Shown: piece by piece, positions 39,051-55,321 of the stretch
How the letters are laid out: each line of letters opens with the position of its first letter
Position numbering within the stretch: position 1 is the stretch's first letter
Assembly (NCBI GenBank): GCA_964106915.2
Contig: OZ066925.1
Direction: 5' to 3' (one strand)
DNA: 64,000 bases
DNA from: Podarcis gaigeae
Taxonomy: Eukaryota
Program-made: the position numbers and the translations under genes
The notes under the pieces: model-generated
Database searches by the model: none
What the model saw: the letters and a program-made list of their open reading frames with translations, nothing else
What the model was told of the DNA's origin: nothing

Positions 39051-42000
39051 AGAAGGGAGGGGGATGGGATAGATCATCAATCAAATCAGGACAAGTGCTG
39101 ACCACAGACCTTTCTCAATTTCTTCCAACCCTGGTAAAACTACTCTTAGGAAAGCTTGGATCCACAACCGATAGAGTGGAGCTCTACTGTCCTCTCATAT
39201 ATGCGCTTACTCGGAAGGAAGTCCCAATGAAAGGGAATTAAGCCGATGCACTTTGCAAAACTGGCTTCAATCCAAGAACTTCGGTTTAACGTCTTCATGA
39301 CTTGAACTCTTTGCCACCTTGGCTCAAACTGTCACGCTCCTATTGCCCTGCTACCGCTGCCTTCTTTGTTCACTGAGAATCTTTCTACAATTCTCAATAG
39401 TTTTACCACAAGACAGCAGATTCACAAGATGCTAACCTCTAAAGAAAACAAAAAGCATTCCTCTTGTTTTTAACAAATCAAACTAATACAACTAAGAGCC
39501 ACCTAGACAGGCCCTTTAAAATAAACAAAATGCATCTTTCCTTCAACTTCCTTACCTATAATTTAACCATGAGTGGAATTGTGTTACATTTTGGCTTTCT
39601 TTTAGTTTATTTGCTATATTTTGGAGTGTGGGAGGATGCTTTGCAATTATTTTATTGTAAAGAAAACCTTTTCCTGCTTTGATATTTTCTCACATAAACA
39701 TAAAACTACTTCCCACTTTTTTAATAAAAAAGAGTATTTTTTTAATTATTGCACTATGAGGAAGTGTCTCTTTTCAATCTGCTGTTGATTGGTGTGTTTT
39801 TGTTACAAATAAAATACGTTTCCCTTATTTTCTTTTTAAATGAGCTGGTTTATATTCCGACAACTAAAATCTATTTGTAACCAATCCACTGCTCATTGTA
39901 AGCATGGCCCAACCATGGGATACAGAAATCCAGATATGCTAATTAGGGGAAATTATAGGCACTTAACTGGCAACTCGATTTACAGCCCAGTTAAAATTGG
40001 GTTCTTTCATGTTCACTTGCAAGTAAAGCCGACTAAGTTTGTGGGACTTACTCTCAAGAAAACCTGCGTACAATTGCAGCCGATCACACAATATCAGCTA
40101 TTGGTTTCTAAAACACATTTAACTGGCAATAGGTCACTGCTTCTGTTGTGCTTGCCTTCTAAACAAGTGTCAGGATTGCAACCCCAGAAGCACACTCAAC
40201 AGTCTGTTTATTCCAGAATAATCCAAAGAGATTGATCCAGAATAAATTGATTATGGATGGCAATTTAACATCTCAAATAGTAAAGTTAAGAAATGCAAGT
40301 CATGTCATGGAACTCCTAAATAACGCATGTAGCATAAGAGGATTAATCAATTTAATCAAAATACTTGGCATTAATTGGTATCTGGATCGAAATTATCAGG
40401 TGCCTAACTGGGATGCTGTGTGTAAAAGAGAGAGCAAGGGAAAAAGGTTTAAATCCACTTAAATAATTAAAATACCACTGTATCTTGTTTTTCCACATTT
40501 TGACAACCATGTTAACAGTGTCAGAATTTTATTTTTTAAAATATTTATTTTACTCAAGACCTGACAAGACCCTTTTAACAGCCCGATGCCAAAACCTGTT
40601 CCAATCGAGTATTTGGCGAATAGGCGCATTTTGCCTGGGATAGAAAACACTTGTCCGTCATATTCAACAGGCAACAAGCAGCTCCAAATCCCCCTTCCGC
40701 CCGGTGGACAAGCGTCTCTCTCAAAACCTTTAGCGGGATTTGACAATTCATGGAGCGTCAGTCTTTTATTACCATTTAAGGGTGGCGCGGGGAGAGAATC
40801 TTTTTGTTCCCTTCTACATGATTTGTTTGTATCGATTATGTCGCCAGCAAGAATCTCCCAAGAAAGCCGTGTGCAATGCCTTGACACTCATTTGCCTAAC
40901 ACGGCCATGCTTTCAAACGAAAACCAGCCTCGTAAAATCTCTTCTTTAATATGCAGTACAATCCCGCCTCGCTGTTCGGGTGGATTCCTGTCCTCCCTGC
41001 AACCTTCCGCTCGTATGCAGTAGGTCACCGTTTGGGTCGCCACTTTCTACGTCTTGCTGCTTTTGAGGAAAGCTGCGATTTGGGAGGCTGTCCCCAGAAG
41101 CACCTCTTCCCTCCCCCTCCTCCGTCTCAGAGCCCTCCGGAAGCTCGGCCCACGCCTGCTCCTAGCCTGCACTTTGTTCTCGCAGTGATCTCGCAGGTTG
41201 GGAAGGCTTCAACAAAAACAAAAAGCAGGCAGCGATCTGAAGATATTGCAGATGGCCGGGGCTGTCTGCTGCACGTGCATCTGAACGCTACCGGTTCTGG
41301 GCCACGCTGCAAGCTCTGCAGATCCGCAAGCAAGGCCGAGAAAAACACTTCCCTCTCGGCTGCAGCTTTAGCTTAAGTTCTAAAGCTCTTCGTTAAAAGA
41401 ACTTGTTTCTTTCCAGCCTTCCAAGGAGGGGCGAGCGGGATTTGATCTATTCAGATATTCTTAAGAGTGAAACGATGTGCCATTTGATGGTAGTCCCCTC
41501 ATGCTTTAGACGGAGACCATTAGAACAGTCCTCGATCTCGAGTCCCCCCTCCCTCTTTTCCCACTTAAAATATTCTTTTTAAGGAAACCCAGGAGTGTCA
41601 TTTTTCTAGGGCAGAGAGAGAGAGACACTAAAAGCTGAAGGATGAAGAAACAAGTCACCCAGTGACCTGTTTTGCTGCTTTCCAGTCCCACCGACCCAAC
41701 CCCGCCTCACTCACATGGTCAGGAAGAAAAGTAGAAACAAAGAGTTCTAAACCTTTTTCTTCAAAGCCAGCCCTTTTGCTTTTGGGGGAAGGGGGAGGGG
41801 AGATGATGACTTGGGGCAGGAGATGCTGAGTAGGAACTGCAGTGACTCTTCATCCTCGAAATAGTTCCCTAATATTCCCTTCAATTACATTTCCCCCATA
41901 TTGGGGGCTGGATGTGGGGGCTTTGAAGTCTAGCTCTTTGCCTTATGGAAGGGGAAATCCTTTACCATCTCCCCCTCCTTTTCTCCCAGTTTTAATCGCC

Positions 42001-42267
42001 CTGCCTAAACTTTCAGGAACTTTTTTTTTTTCTTCTTCAGCCGCATTACCGTCATCGTTGTAAATAATCCTGATTTATGACAAGCGTTAGCTGTGTTCAA
42101 TAAATGCAATTAATTACTGCTGTCGGAAATTATAATTAATAATTACCTATAATAACGTGGACAGTGATACCGGATGTTGAATACGTGACTTGAAAGTAAT
42201 CTGCACTAGTGTTAGTGGGACCGTAAAATTAGTGTTTGGAACTGTTTTATAAAGGGCGTTATCGAAC

Positions 42268-42268
<1 letters not shown>

Positions 42269-42316
<48 letters not shown>
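42269..42316. repeat. (ATT)16 microsatellite
   Basis: Direct reading. Confidence 0.98.
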
Positions 42317-42318
<2 letters not shown>

Positions 42319-42319
42319 T

Positions 42320-43720
42320 AGAAAGTCTCCCGCGGGCAGCTAATAGCACCCTCCCTTGGAAGCGGCTGCCCCTAGCGTCCACGCGGGGAGTTGCAGCAGC
42401 GGCCTCCGCCAGGAGCTGCCTGCCGGCCTGAGATTGGAAGCCGCGCGCCCGGGAGGGGAGGGGAGAGAGAAGCGGAGTGGGCGGGGTTGAGAGGGGCGAT
42501 TACGAGAGACTCGAGCTCGGCACGAGCGCGCCCGGCGCGCTGGCTTCTGGGTAAGCAAATGGCCGAGCGGCAAAAGGAAACGCCGAGGGGGAGGAGAAGG
42601 CAGGAAGGCAGGAGGTGAAAGGTCACCGGCCCGCAGGCCCCGCCCCCTGCGCCCGGGTAAATGAATGGAAAGAGCCCAGGCGAGAGGGGGAAAGGGAAGC
42701 TGCTGCTGCTGTTGCTGCAGCGGCGGTGGCGGGTTCCTCGTGCTAACTGCGCTTGCCTGCCTGCCTGCCTGCCTGCCCGCCACTCTTCTTCTCTGGGGGG
42801 GAAGGAGGCAGCGACGCCTTACATTGGCGTAAGGAGACGTTGGGCCCCTTCTCTCCAGTCTCCTCCCCCCGCTGCTCCCGGACAATGCAGCCGAAGGGGA
42901 GAGCTATAAACATTGGAGGGGGGGGGGAATCCTCTGCTGCTGCTGCTGCTACGCGGGGACAACTTAGGCAATGCCGCCTCCACCTCCTGAGCTTGGGCCA
43001 CAACAGGCCCCGGGTTCTCCCTGCTCCCGCCGAGGCAAGAAGCGCTTTCTCGGCTGCAAAGGACGTTGCAGCCTCCAGTTCCCGCTTCCCCCTTGCCCCA
43101 CAAAACCCCAAACAGGAGAGCTGTTCGTGAAGGCGCGCTGCCCTCCTCAGCCTGCGCACGCACAAACCTCGCCGGGCCCTTTTTCTCCTTTGCTCCCCGC
43201 GATCGGGGGGCGGGGAGCCCCTGATATATTCCCTACGTTTCCTTCCTGGGCCGCTTTTCCGAAGGCGGCGGCGAGATTTTGCGTTTTAAAACGCAGCCCC
43301 GTTCCTCCTTCGCGCGGCTCCTAGCCGTTTTTTCCGCGCGGAGCAGTCGCTCGAAAGCCCGGCCGGGCTGGAGGCGCCGGCTCGCCTTCGGAAGGGAGGG
43401 TTTAGGTGGTGTTTGGGTTTTTTTCTTTTTGCGGCCGAGACGGCGTGAGCCGTTTCTCCAGTTTCAGCGCCGCTGAATTGGCGGCGGACCCGTTTGCTGC
43501 AGGCGGTGCGAGGGAGGTGGCGGCGGCTGCTGCTGCTGCTGCTGGGATCCTTCTCCCTTTCTCTTTTGAGTAGTATTTAAATCCGCGCGCCGGTGGCTAG
43601 TTTCTCAAACGCCCCGCTCGCTCCAGCCTTTCTTACCTAAAAGCGAAAAAGTTGTGCGAGGTCGCCTCTCCCTTCCCCCTCCCCAGTGTCTCCTCGATGA
43701 GAAATGGAGGAAGAAAATGC
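42320..43720. promoter_or_regulatory. CpG island in the SKIDA1 upstream region (possible alternative promoter or non-coding exon)
   Basis: Very high CpG density; reverse CCAAT (GATTGG) near 42431; donor-like GG|GTAAGC at 42551; TATAAA at 42905-42910. Confidence 0.55.
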
Positions 43721-46700
43721 AAAACGCTTCATAGGGAGAAGTGGTCCCCTTTGTTCTGGCATTGTTTCTCCACGAACTGGCGGCTACAAGGATAAAACAC
43801 TCACCTTCTCTCCTTTTTGCTGCGAAATCCAGACGTTCCCACCGGCTGCAAAATACACAATCCACCTTAGAAAGGGACTAGAGATGTAGAGAGAGTTTGT
43901 ATTCCGTTCTTTTGCGCGCTCTTCCCATTTTGGGGCAAGATTAAGTTGCCGAGCACGTTGTTGCAAGCTGTAGCCCCCCGCCTCAGTGAATGGTCGCGTT
44001 TAGGACCCTCCAAGGCCATCCTAAGTCTGCCAGTAGAATCCGAGGGTATTGAAGGTCTAAAACTTTCAAAAGGAAAGGGGGCCTGGAACTAGCCAGAGAG
44101 CTGCAAATATACACTAGGATGCCCCCCGCCGCCGCCACTACACGCACATACGCGCATGTTTGCCCCCCTCCCTTAGCTTTAAATAAGGAAACCTTCCCCG
44201 GTGAGAGTTTAACGTGAAAGAAAGAAAAAGTTTGCACTTTATTCATTCCTTAAGAGCGAATGTGTTAAAAGCCGATCCCTGCCTGCATTTGAAACCCGCT
44301 ACCCTTCTTGCTCTCACCCCATGTGGCAAAAGTTTTGAATCTCGAAATAAAAACAAATGAGCCGGCGGTAGAAAACGAGGTTGGGAAGTTTAGGTTATGG
44401 TTGTAGCTGGGAGAAAATGTGTCGGAGGAGGAGGAGGACCAGTTTTTTTGTTTTTAAGAGGAAATGCTGTTGGTGTTACTATTTTGGTAACGCGGTGATC
44501 AAGCGAGCAAAAGAAGCCCATTCACGGATTTCTGCATACTCCAGGCGAGTATGCAGAAATACTGCTCAGCCTCGCAGGTATTAGTGTCCAAACCTGCATT
44601 TAATCTGATTATGATGAGGTTTGCTGATACAATGGATAGTTGAATAGATCCTTGTGTCTTAGCAAATGAGGTGGATTTTCGGCTTCCCTCGGTTTCCGGG
44701 CATGAGAGGAAATAAGGCTCTGATTGTCCACCAACACCTTCTGGAGCCCCTCAAATATCTTTGGGTTTTGGTTGTGGGTGGAAATGAGCATAGCCCCCTC
44801 AGCGCCATATTGTAACACCGCCCTGGATGTCCCGGCTCTTTTATGGCTAGACCTGAAAGTTTCGCTCTATGTGTGCAACTGGAGAAATGAAGAAAAATAA
44901 CAACAAATATGGAGCAGGCGTCTCTGGTGTCTTTTCTGTCCCTCATGTAACGCTCCCCATTTCCTCTTTACCACCCTTCTAAAAAGGTGATCTGCTGCAT
45001 AGGAAAGGAATGAAAAGATTGCAATAAAAGCAAAACCGAGTAAATAAGGTTGAGGGCAGAAGGAGAGGTTTTCTTTGCCAGCCTTTAATTGCCACTGAAA
45101 CATTCTACAGTTGTAAACATTCCTTATTTATTCAGCCCAAATAGGCAGGCATTGTCTTGCTTTTATCGCAATCGTAATTACGGTGTCCTTTAAACTGGCT
45201 GATAGCTAGGGAGATAAGGGAATGTGCCTGTAGCTTCAGATCAAATCTCTCTCCGTCCCTCTCCCTCTCTCTCGCTCTCTCCCCCTCCCCGGGTCATCAG
45301 GATCCCCACAGTCCTTAGAGATGAGGAACGCTGCACGACTCTGGCCTGACCATTCCTTACGTCATGAAAGTGATTTGTACCACATTGCTAATTTGGTGCA
45401 ATCCCTAACCCTTTGGATCTCGTGTGCGTTTGTAATTGCCTTTTGCTGCTTGCTTCAATTTTTGGTGCGTTATTTTTGGCGGCAATTTGGAGGGGGGCGT
45501 TTGGGGTGGGCAATATATCTTTTGCAATCGAGTCCAGGCGTGTGGGGGGGGGGTTCTGCCCACCTGTACGTCAGAAACACCAGCGTGTCCCTGAGTCTTT
45601 GTTTACTGCACCTTTGTGTCTAATTAAAAATGCACACTTTTAGGATCCTCGCAGAACAAAGCCTCCCCAAATCCCCCTTTACGTCCAAGGATTTGCAAAT
45701 TTATAAAGGCTGCATTGAATTCGGGATGGGTCAAGGGGCAAAAAAAGGGTAGGAGGTCACTGCATTTTGATTATGGGTCAGTAGGCAACATGGCAGGCAG
45801 TTTGTGTCCCAAAAAACCTCTTCTTTAAAAGTGAGGTTTAAAAACAACAAGGATGAGCGAGGTTTCTAGGGGAAAATTTGACGATGAAAGAGAAGAAAAC
45901 CTCTTTTCCTGATATTTGCAAAGCAAGAAGATATGTCCATGTGAGAAAACAAAGCAGCCCTCAACAGCACTATAAATTGTTGCTCTGTTTACAGAGAAAT
46001 AACTCACAGTGTGATGTGTTGCAGGAACTTAGCTATGGGTCTTGGAGTGTCCCCCACGCAAAGCCTTTAACTATACTGGGTATTGCTGTAATGTGTCAAA
46101 AGGTGTCTATGCTTGTCCTTTTTAAAATAAGTGTATGTGGAGGGTTTTTTTAAAGTCTGCACTTACGTTTGGCTGAATGATACGGGGAGCTGAATGACCC
46201 TTTTGACAGGTTTTGGTCCCTTTGCCATATTCCCCAACTGTTTCTTCCCCTCCCCCAATCTGCCCTGGATATATTATAGGGGGGACTACAGGCAATGCAC
46301 AAACTCTGAAAACCTAATTTAGGCTGGGAAATGATATATTTTTACCTCTGAAATAAAATAATAATGATTATAATAATTATATGCAGAATAACCCACGAAT
46401 AATAAGCTGTGCCAATCGGGAAAGGGTTATAACCAAGAATAAGATAGTCTGGAGGTGGCTGTTGTAGTGTGAAAATGCACCAGGATACGGAGAATTCGAG
46501 GACCTAGTGAAAATAGAAGCTTAAAGTGCTGTTGCATTTCACAAGTAAACATTTAAAGGGCTGTAAATGGTGCTCTGAGTGACTTGCCCCAGAAATAAGA
46601 GGTCAGCCTGGATTGCAGGGCTGTTTAAACATAGTCATGATAATACAATGAAAATATATCAAAGCACAACCTCAGAGGGCGTTTTCAAATATATACCCCC

Positions 46701-48531
46701 CTCTCTCAAACGCAGACACACTCATCTCCCAGTAAACCCCCTTTTCCCCAAAAAAGCAGCGATACAAGGGAGCTTCTATATATTTTTAATACCACAGAAT
46801 AAAAACAACAACTATGCAATCTGAGATCAATGGGAATAGGTTTACAGCATTGGGTGAGGAATATTATTTTTCCTCGTTATTTTCTAATTAGGTTTGTCGT
46901 TCGCCAAGAGTGCTTCAGACTGAAATATCATCTAAGGTAAAGAAATCCTATCTAAGGTAGGGTATACATTACAGACTGGGGCTACTCGATGGGAAAAGGA
47001 GCACATTTGATTGATAATCTCTCTCTCTCTCGGAGGTGAGAAGAGGAAAATGCCTCATGAGCGTTCTCGCTATCCACAACCCAGTTGAATTGTTGTCCAA
47101 AGGCTGAACCCGATTCAATCTAATTGATTTTCGAATTATTGATTCCATTAGTTCCACCGCGTCCCATTCATAACTACCGGGACTGATGCCTGAAATCAGT
47201 GTCACTAAATCAGCTTAAATTCGAAGACTTTCACTTAAAGGTTTTCCAGGCTGCAAGACGACCTAAAATCCAAGTATTTCCTCGTCTAATTGGTATATGG
47301 ATCCACCGGTAGCCTTATCTGTTTCGCCAGAAAGAAAAAGAAGGCCACATTTCAGCCTCAGGTAAAACACACACCTTCCCCACCCTACAAAACAAAACAA
47401 AACAAAACAGATTCACAATGCAGTGAACCTCACTCTTTTTCGCTGTGCAGAGATTTATTCCTAAATCCTTCGGCAGGATTTGCAAACATACAGAGATCTT
47501 CCTGGTATTTGGAAAAATAAGTCCCGCGGGTTGCAGAGCAACTTGCTTCCAACTAAGCGTTTTAGGGTTGCAGCCTAGTAGTCCAAGCCAAAGCACGTTT
47601 ACTTGGAAGGAAGTTCTACTCCGTTTAATTAGGGTCCCCCCCATCCCGCCCCGAAAGCGTGCTTAAAATTGTATTTGAATTCAAGGAATCCCCCGTAGCT
47701 GGACTGGAGAGGCGGACTCAGTGGCAGGGCCGAGAAATTGTACTGCCTTTGATTTTCCTCTATGAACGCTGCCGGCGTCTGTTGTTCACTCAGGGAAATC
47801 AGTAAAGTCTCGCCTAATTTTGAACACCGCCGACAACAGGCACCTTATTTGCACACACCCCAATATCTCTCCGCTCCCCCAGCGTGTGTGGCTGTGTGTT
47901 TTGGAGAGGGCGTTCTCACGTTCATAATCTGAAGCTGCAAAACTGTTGCTAGCTTCGGTATGTCTGCCTGCGAATCCACTGGAAAAACCTCCTCGGCCTT
48001 CCTTTTGCTTCCAGAGAGGGTCCTCGGTCCGCGAGGGGTTGTGGAATTGAGGATCGACTCCCGAAGTGCGTAAGGAAGATCCCGGATATGCAGCGGTGTG
48101 TTTTGATGACCACAAGAAAACTGGCAGGTTCCTCCCCTCCCCCACCCCCCGCAAACTCAAGATGGAGAAGTTTCAAGGAACAAAAGGCTGCGGGAGGGAA
48201 TCTGGTGGGGGAGTTTCAACTCGACTCCAATGTGCCTTTCCCATGTGTATTGAATATTTCCTTAAGATCTCTGTCTTGGTGTGTGTGTTTATTTGTATAT
48301 TAACTGATCTAGTCCTACACACACACACACACACACAGTTGTTACCACGATTATTATTTTTTCAAATAGGGAGTTAACGTTGTACCTTGGTAGAAATGTC
48401 GATTTGCTAAAGAAAAGCAGCTATTTAAAGCGCGCACACACCCGATTTTGTTACTTTTAACGTCGATGTTTAAAGCAAACAAAAACTGGGGACCCAGCCT
48501 GAAGAAGCCAAAGAAGCAGACGACTGTAGTC

Positions 48532-48557
48532 GTGTGTGTGTGTGTGTGTGTGTGTGT

Positions 48558-48616
<59 letters not shown>
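48532..48616. repeat. Compound (GT)n(GA)n microsatellite
   Basis: Direct reading; a similar compound repeat lies at 61402-61458. Confidence 0.98.
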
Positions 48617-48623
<7 letters not shown>

Positions 48624-49465
48624 GGCAGAATGGATGTGGCTCTGTCTCCGAGCCTGGATGCGCTTGTTTTGTGGCTGAGATCCCCACAACCTCTTTACTC
48701 CGGAGTACGCCACCCTTTGCAAGGCGGATGACTTGGTTGTATAGCCTGTGCCGATTTGGAACCTAAAAGTAACCGAGCCACGACTTTAGAACTCAACTTT
48801 GCGAAATAGACAAACAGCGAGGCATCCGCCGGAACTTTAAAGCCAATACCTCGGGCTTCATTTACTTTGTGGATCGGCCTGTCAGGGATGCCATCACCTT
48901 CAGCATCAAATTAGGGGGAGGAGGGGGAGGAGCAGCGTTGTGTGGGGCTGTGTGTGTGCCGGGAGTGGGGGGGGGGCACGAGACGACGGCTGCCATCCTG
49001 GGGAATAGGAGACCGAGAACAGAGGGGTCTGAAAGGTCCCCATTGCTTAACCCTACAAAAGCAGATACCGCTTTATTTCCCTCTTCCCGCTTCATTCTAC
49101 ACCCACACCCCCCCCCCACAAAATAAAACAGCCAGGCAGCTGTTTCCCCTCCAAACTTTGCTTTGCAGCTCCAGAATGAGAGGCGATGTCTCCTGCGCGA
49201 GGGGGAAGAGGAACGCGCACAGGCGAAGGCAGCCAGATGCGGAGCTCAACTGGGCTGCGAGGAGCCTTCCATTCATTGTTCGCCACCTCCTTTCGATTGC
49301 GTTGGAAGGGCTGTACTATCACGAGACCCTGGACCAAGCTCTCCTTTTCGCTCTTGTCTCAAGGGAGATCTATAATATATAATATTATATATAATCACAC
49401 CCACACATATCTAGGAATGATATTCCTTGAGACAAGGGTGTGTGTGTATAAATTCTTTCTTTCTT

Positions 49466-49506
<41 letters not shown>

Positions 49507-50054
49507 AGTTTCTTGATTCAAGAGGGAACCGGGCCTTGGAGCTCGGAGGGAAGAAGTCACTCCGTGTAAGTTGTGTCGCCTTCTGTCTGGCGAGCTGCAG
49601 CCGAGCTCCAAGGCTCGGTCAAGCCCAGCCTGAGTTGAGAGGCGAGGCCACGGGCTTTCTTAATTTCCGGGCGCTCGCCAGCACCCCTTGGCCCTTCAGT
49701 CCACACACTGGGAGCTGGGAGGGGGCCGGTTGGAAGAGAGAGAAATCGCCTGCTGAATTTTTATCTAGTCATGCACAACGACCGTGAAAATGAATCACCA
49801 AAAAAAAAAAAAAAAAAAAAGCAAGCAAGAGGAGGGGATTTTTTTGGGGGGGGGACACACAGGATGAGTTTTTTTGTGGGGACGGGACGGGACTGCTGAG
49901 CTCTGTTGGTAGACTTGCTTATTTGTTTTCCCAGTTCTGGCGTAATCATTCTGCAGCCGCTGATATTATGGGGCATAGGACTATGGGAATCTATGTCAGT
50001 GGGACACATGGCCTTCGAAGGCAGGCCATCTTCTTCTTACCTTCCGCCCCCCCC

Positions 50055-50099
<45 letters not shown>

Positions 50100-51079
50100 C
50101 TTAGTCCGAGGAATCCCAGTGGTTTTCCTGGAGCACAGGGATGCATTTCATTTTGGCTCTGGCCGCGAGCTCCTCTCTGCAAAGACACAGCCACTTTGTG
50201 CTTCTGGCCGGAATTCGGCGTGAATCGATTAGCGACTGCGATCCACCGCAACCCCGCGGACTAGCAGGATTTGGATCGACGCCGATTCGACTCCGGCTCG
50301 ACTGGGGCTTCAGCCGCTTAGATGCGGGGAATAGGGCCGGGCCGCTAGTCGTTTTGCCGTTGGGTTGGGTTAGATCTGAAAGACGGAAGGGCTTGGAGGG
50401 GGGCGGGATAATACACTCAAACACCCCCCCCATAAGACAGTATAAGTTTTTCGTGGGCTGGGCCTTATTTCCCATCCCTCTTTTGTCCACGGAGCCGAAA
50501 ATATTCGGCCGCCACTTGGGAAAGGTGAAAGTTGGAATTGTAAGGTGGGGGGGGGGGGGAGAGCCTTTTCTATAGAGCGATGGAAGCGTGCGGGGGGAGG
50601 GGCAAGCCTCTTTCCCGCACCCACATTCTGACACCGAACGTGTGAATAGGAAACCCCTTACACCCAGACACCTTCAGTGAATTTACTATTCCAGCGGCGG
50701 GGAGGGGGGGGGGAGTCTCATCGTCTGGACCGCAGGTAGCGGGGCGGGGGGGAAAGAACCCTCAGCCTCCAGGGAAGTTCTAGCGAGGGCGGCACCCTAG
50801 AAGTCAGAAGCATCCCTGTGACCCATTGCAATCTTCCCCTTCCTCCTCCCTTCTTCCTCCTCCTCCTCCTCCTTCTCCAAGCTTTCCTCTCGGCTCTGTT
50901 GCCATCTTTTTCCCCCTGCTGGAAGCAATCAACACGCAGGCGATCCTGGCGTGGACGCGCGGACCGGAGGGGGGACTCCCTCCACCTTGGGAGCTAGCGC
51001 GGGGGAACTGTGGAAAAGTAGAGACCTTGCTGCTGGCTTATCTCGGCTTTGTTATGGGTCTGACGTGAGCCCGCGTCCC

Positions 51080-51130
<51 letters not shown>

Positions 51131-52273
51131 ACCTCCTCCTCTCCCCCTCCTCTCCCCCTCCCCCACCCCCCAATATTACAGGCAGAATTTCAGAGAAAAG
51201 TGTTACAGTATTGCGAGGCTGGAGCTCAGGATAAGCACGCAGCCCTAAATAATTCCCACCCACCCCCAGTAGCACCAACTTAGCTATCGGAAAGAGTGAG
51301 AGTGAGAGACCAGGAGGAAGAGGAAAAGAAGGGACGTGAGTACTGTATTCTCGTTTTCCGAGTCGTTCACAGAAATATACAAAATAACGTCAGACAAACC
51401 CCAGGGTGTTTTGTTTGGTTTTTTTGTTTGTTTTTGTTTTGTTTAACTATGCTTGCAAGCCAAAGGAAGGGGAATACCAGTTGAGGAGCCCTCCTTTTGA
51501 CACGCATTGCAGAATAAGCGCCCCTTTAAAATGGTTACTTAAAAGCTCCCCCTTCCAATCTTTACATCCACAGAATTCATATCGTGGGGGAAACAGCTTT
51601 CTGTCCTCCCCACACCCGCACTTTATCCCCACTAAATAACCCCAAGAAGGTTTCCAAATTCCATTTATTTCTTATATTTGTTTCAAAAAATAAAACAAAA
51701 CCCGTGTCACCGAGGGCTTCCAAACCCGGTCCTTCAGTCGCCAGCGCCGCCGAGAGCGAGCTGTGGGCTGGCTGGGAGCTCCGGATTGTTTAATAGAAAG
51801 ATTTATATACTAACAGTATTATTTACTTTGGGAGGGGAGGTAGAAGCCTAAGAGTATGCTAATTAGCCAGAGATTTGGAGGGGGGGGAGCTGCGAAGGGG
51901 GTGGAATATCAATTTTTATTGCATCACCTGTCAGGAGTGTCCAATCAGCGCTGGCTTGAGGGGAATTAATTGATGAAGGTGTCTCCGGACCAGCTCACTT
52001 CCCTCTGTCATTTGATTTGGAGCGAAAGCAGCGGCGGGAAGAGCGGCTGCGTGGCTCGGCTCGTCTCCGCACAGCCCCCTTTGGCTCACATTCCTTTATC
52101 CTGGCTGGGCAGTGGGGGGAAGCCGCCAGCCAAAGGGCACAGGTAGCCAGCCTGCCTCAGTGCCGTCGAGAAACACCGGGGGCAAGCGAGCCAATCGCTC
52201 CCGCCCAATCCCCTAAGGCAGTTTTCCAGGACCTGGGTTTTTTAAAAATCCCCTCCCTATAGCGCTCAGCCCC

Positions 52274-52274
<1 letters not shown>

Positions 52275-52355
<81 letters not shown>
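52275..52355. repeat. (TTTC)n(TC)n microsatellite in the SKIDA1 leader; other CT/AC/TA repeats at 37269, 49470, 50057, 51083, 52477 and 63638
   Basis: Direct reading. Confidence 0.95.
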
Positions 52356-52357
<2 letters not shown>

Positions 52358-52468
52358 GATTCCAACATCTCCCCCCCGCCCCCCACCTAAAGTTTGATCG
52401 GGTATAACAGGCTTTGTTCTTTTTGCTCCAGCAGGATGCCTTGAGACCCCGCTCCAGCACCTGGCTGA

Positions 52469-55321
<2,853 letters not shown>

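Noticed and set aside
42365-42380. CTCF site
   Set aside because: Only a partial match to the consensus.
37870-42910. Identical GAGCTATAAA 10-mer in two CpG islands
   Set aside because: Flanks do not align, so it is compatible with chance.
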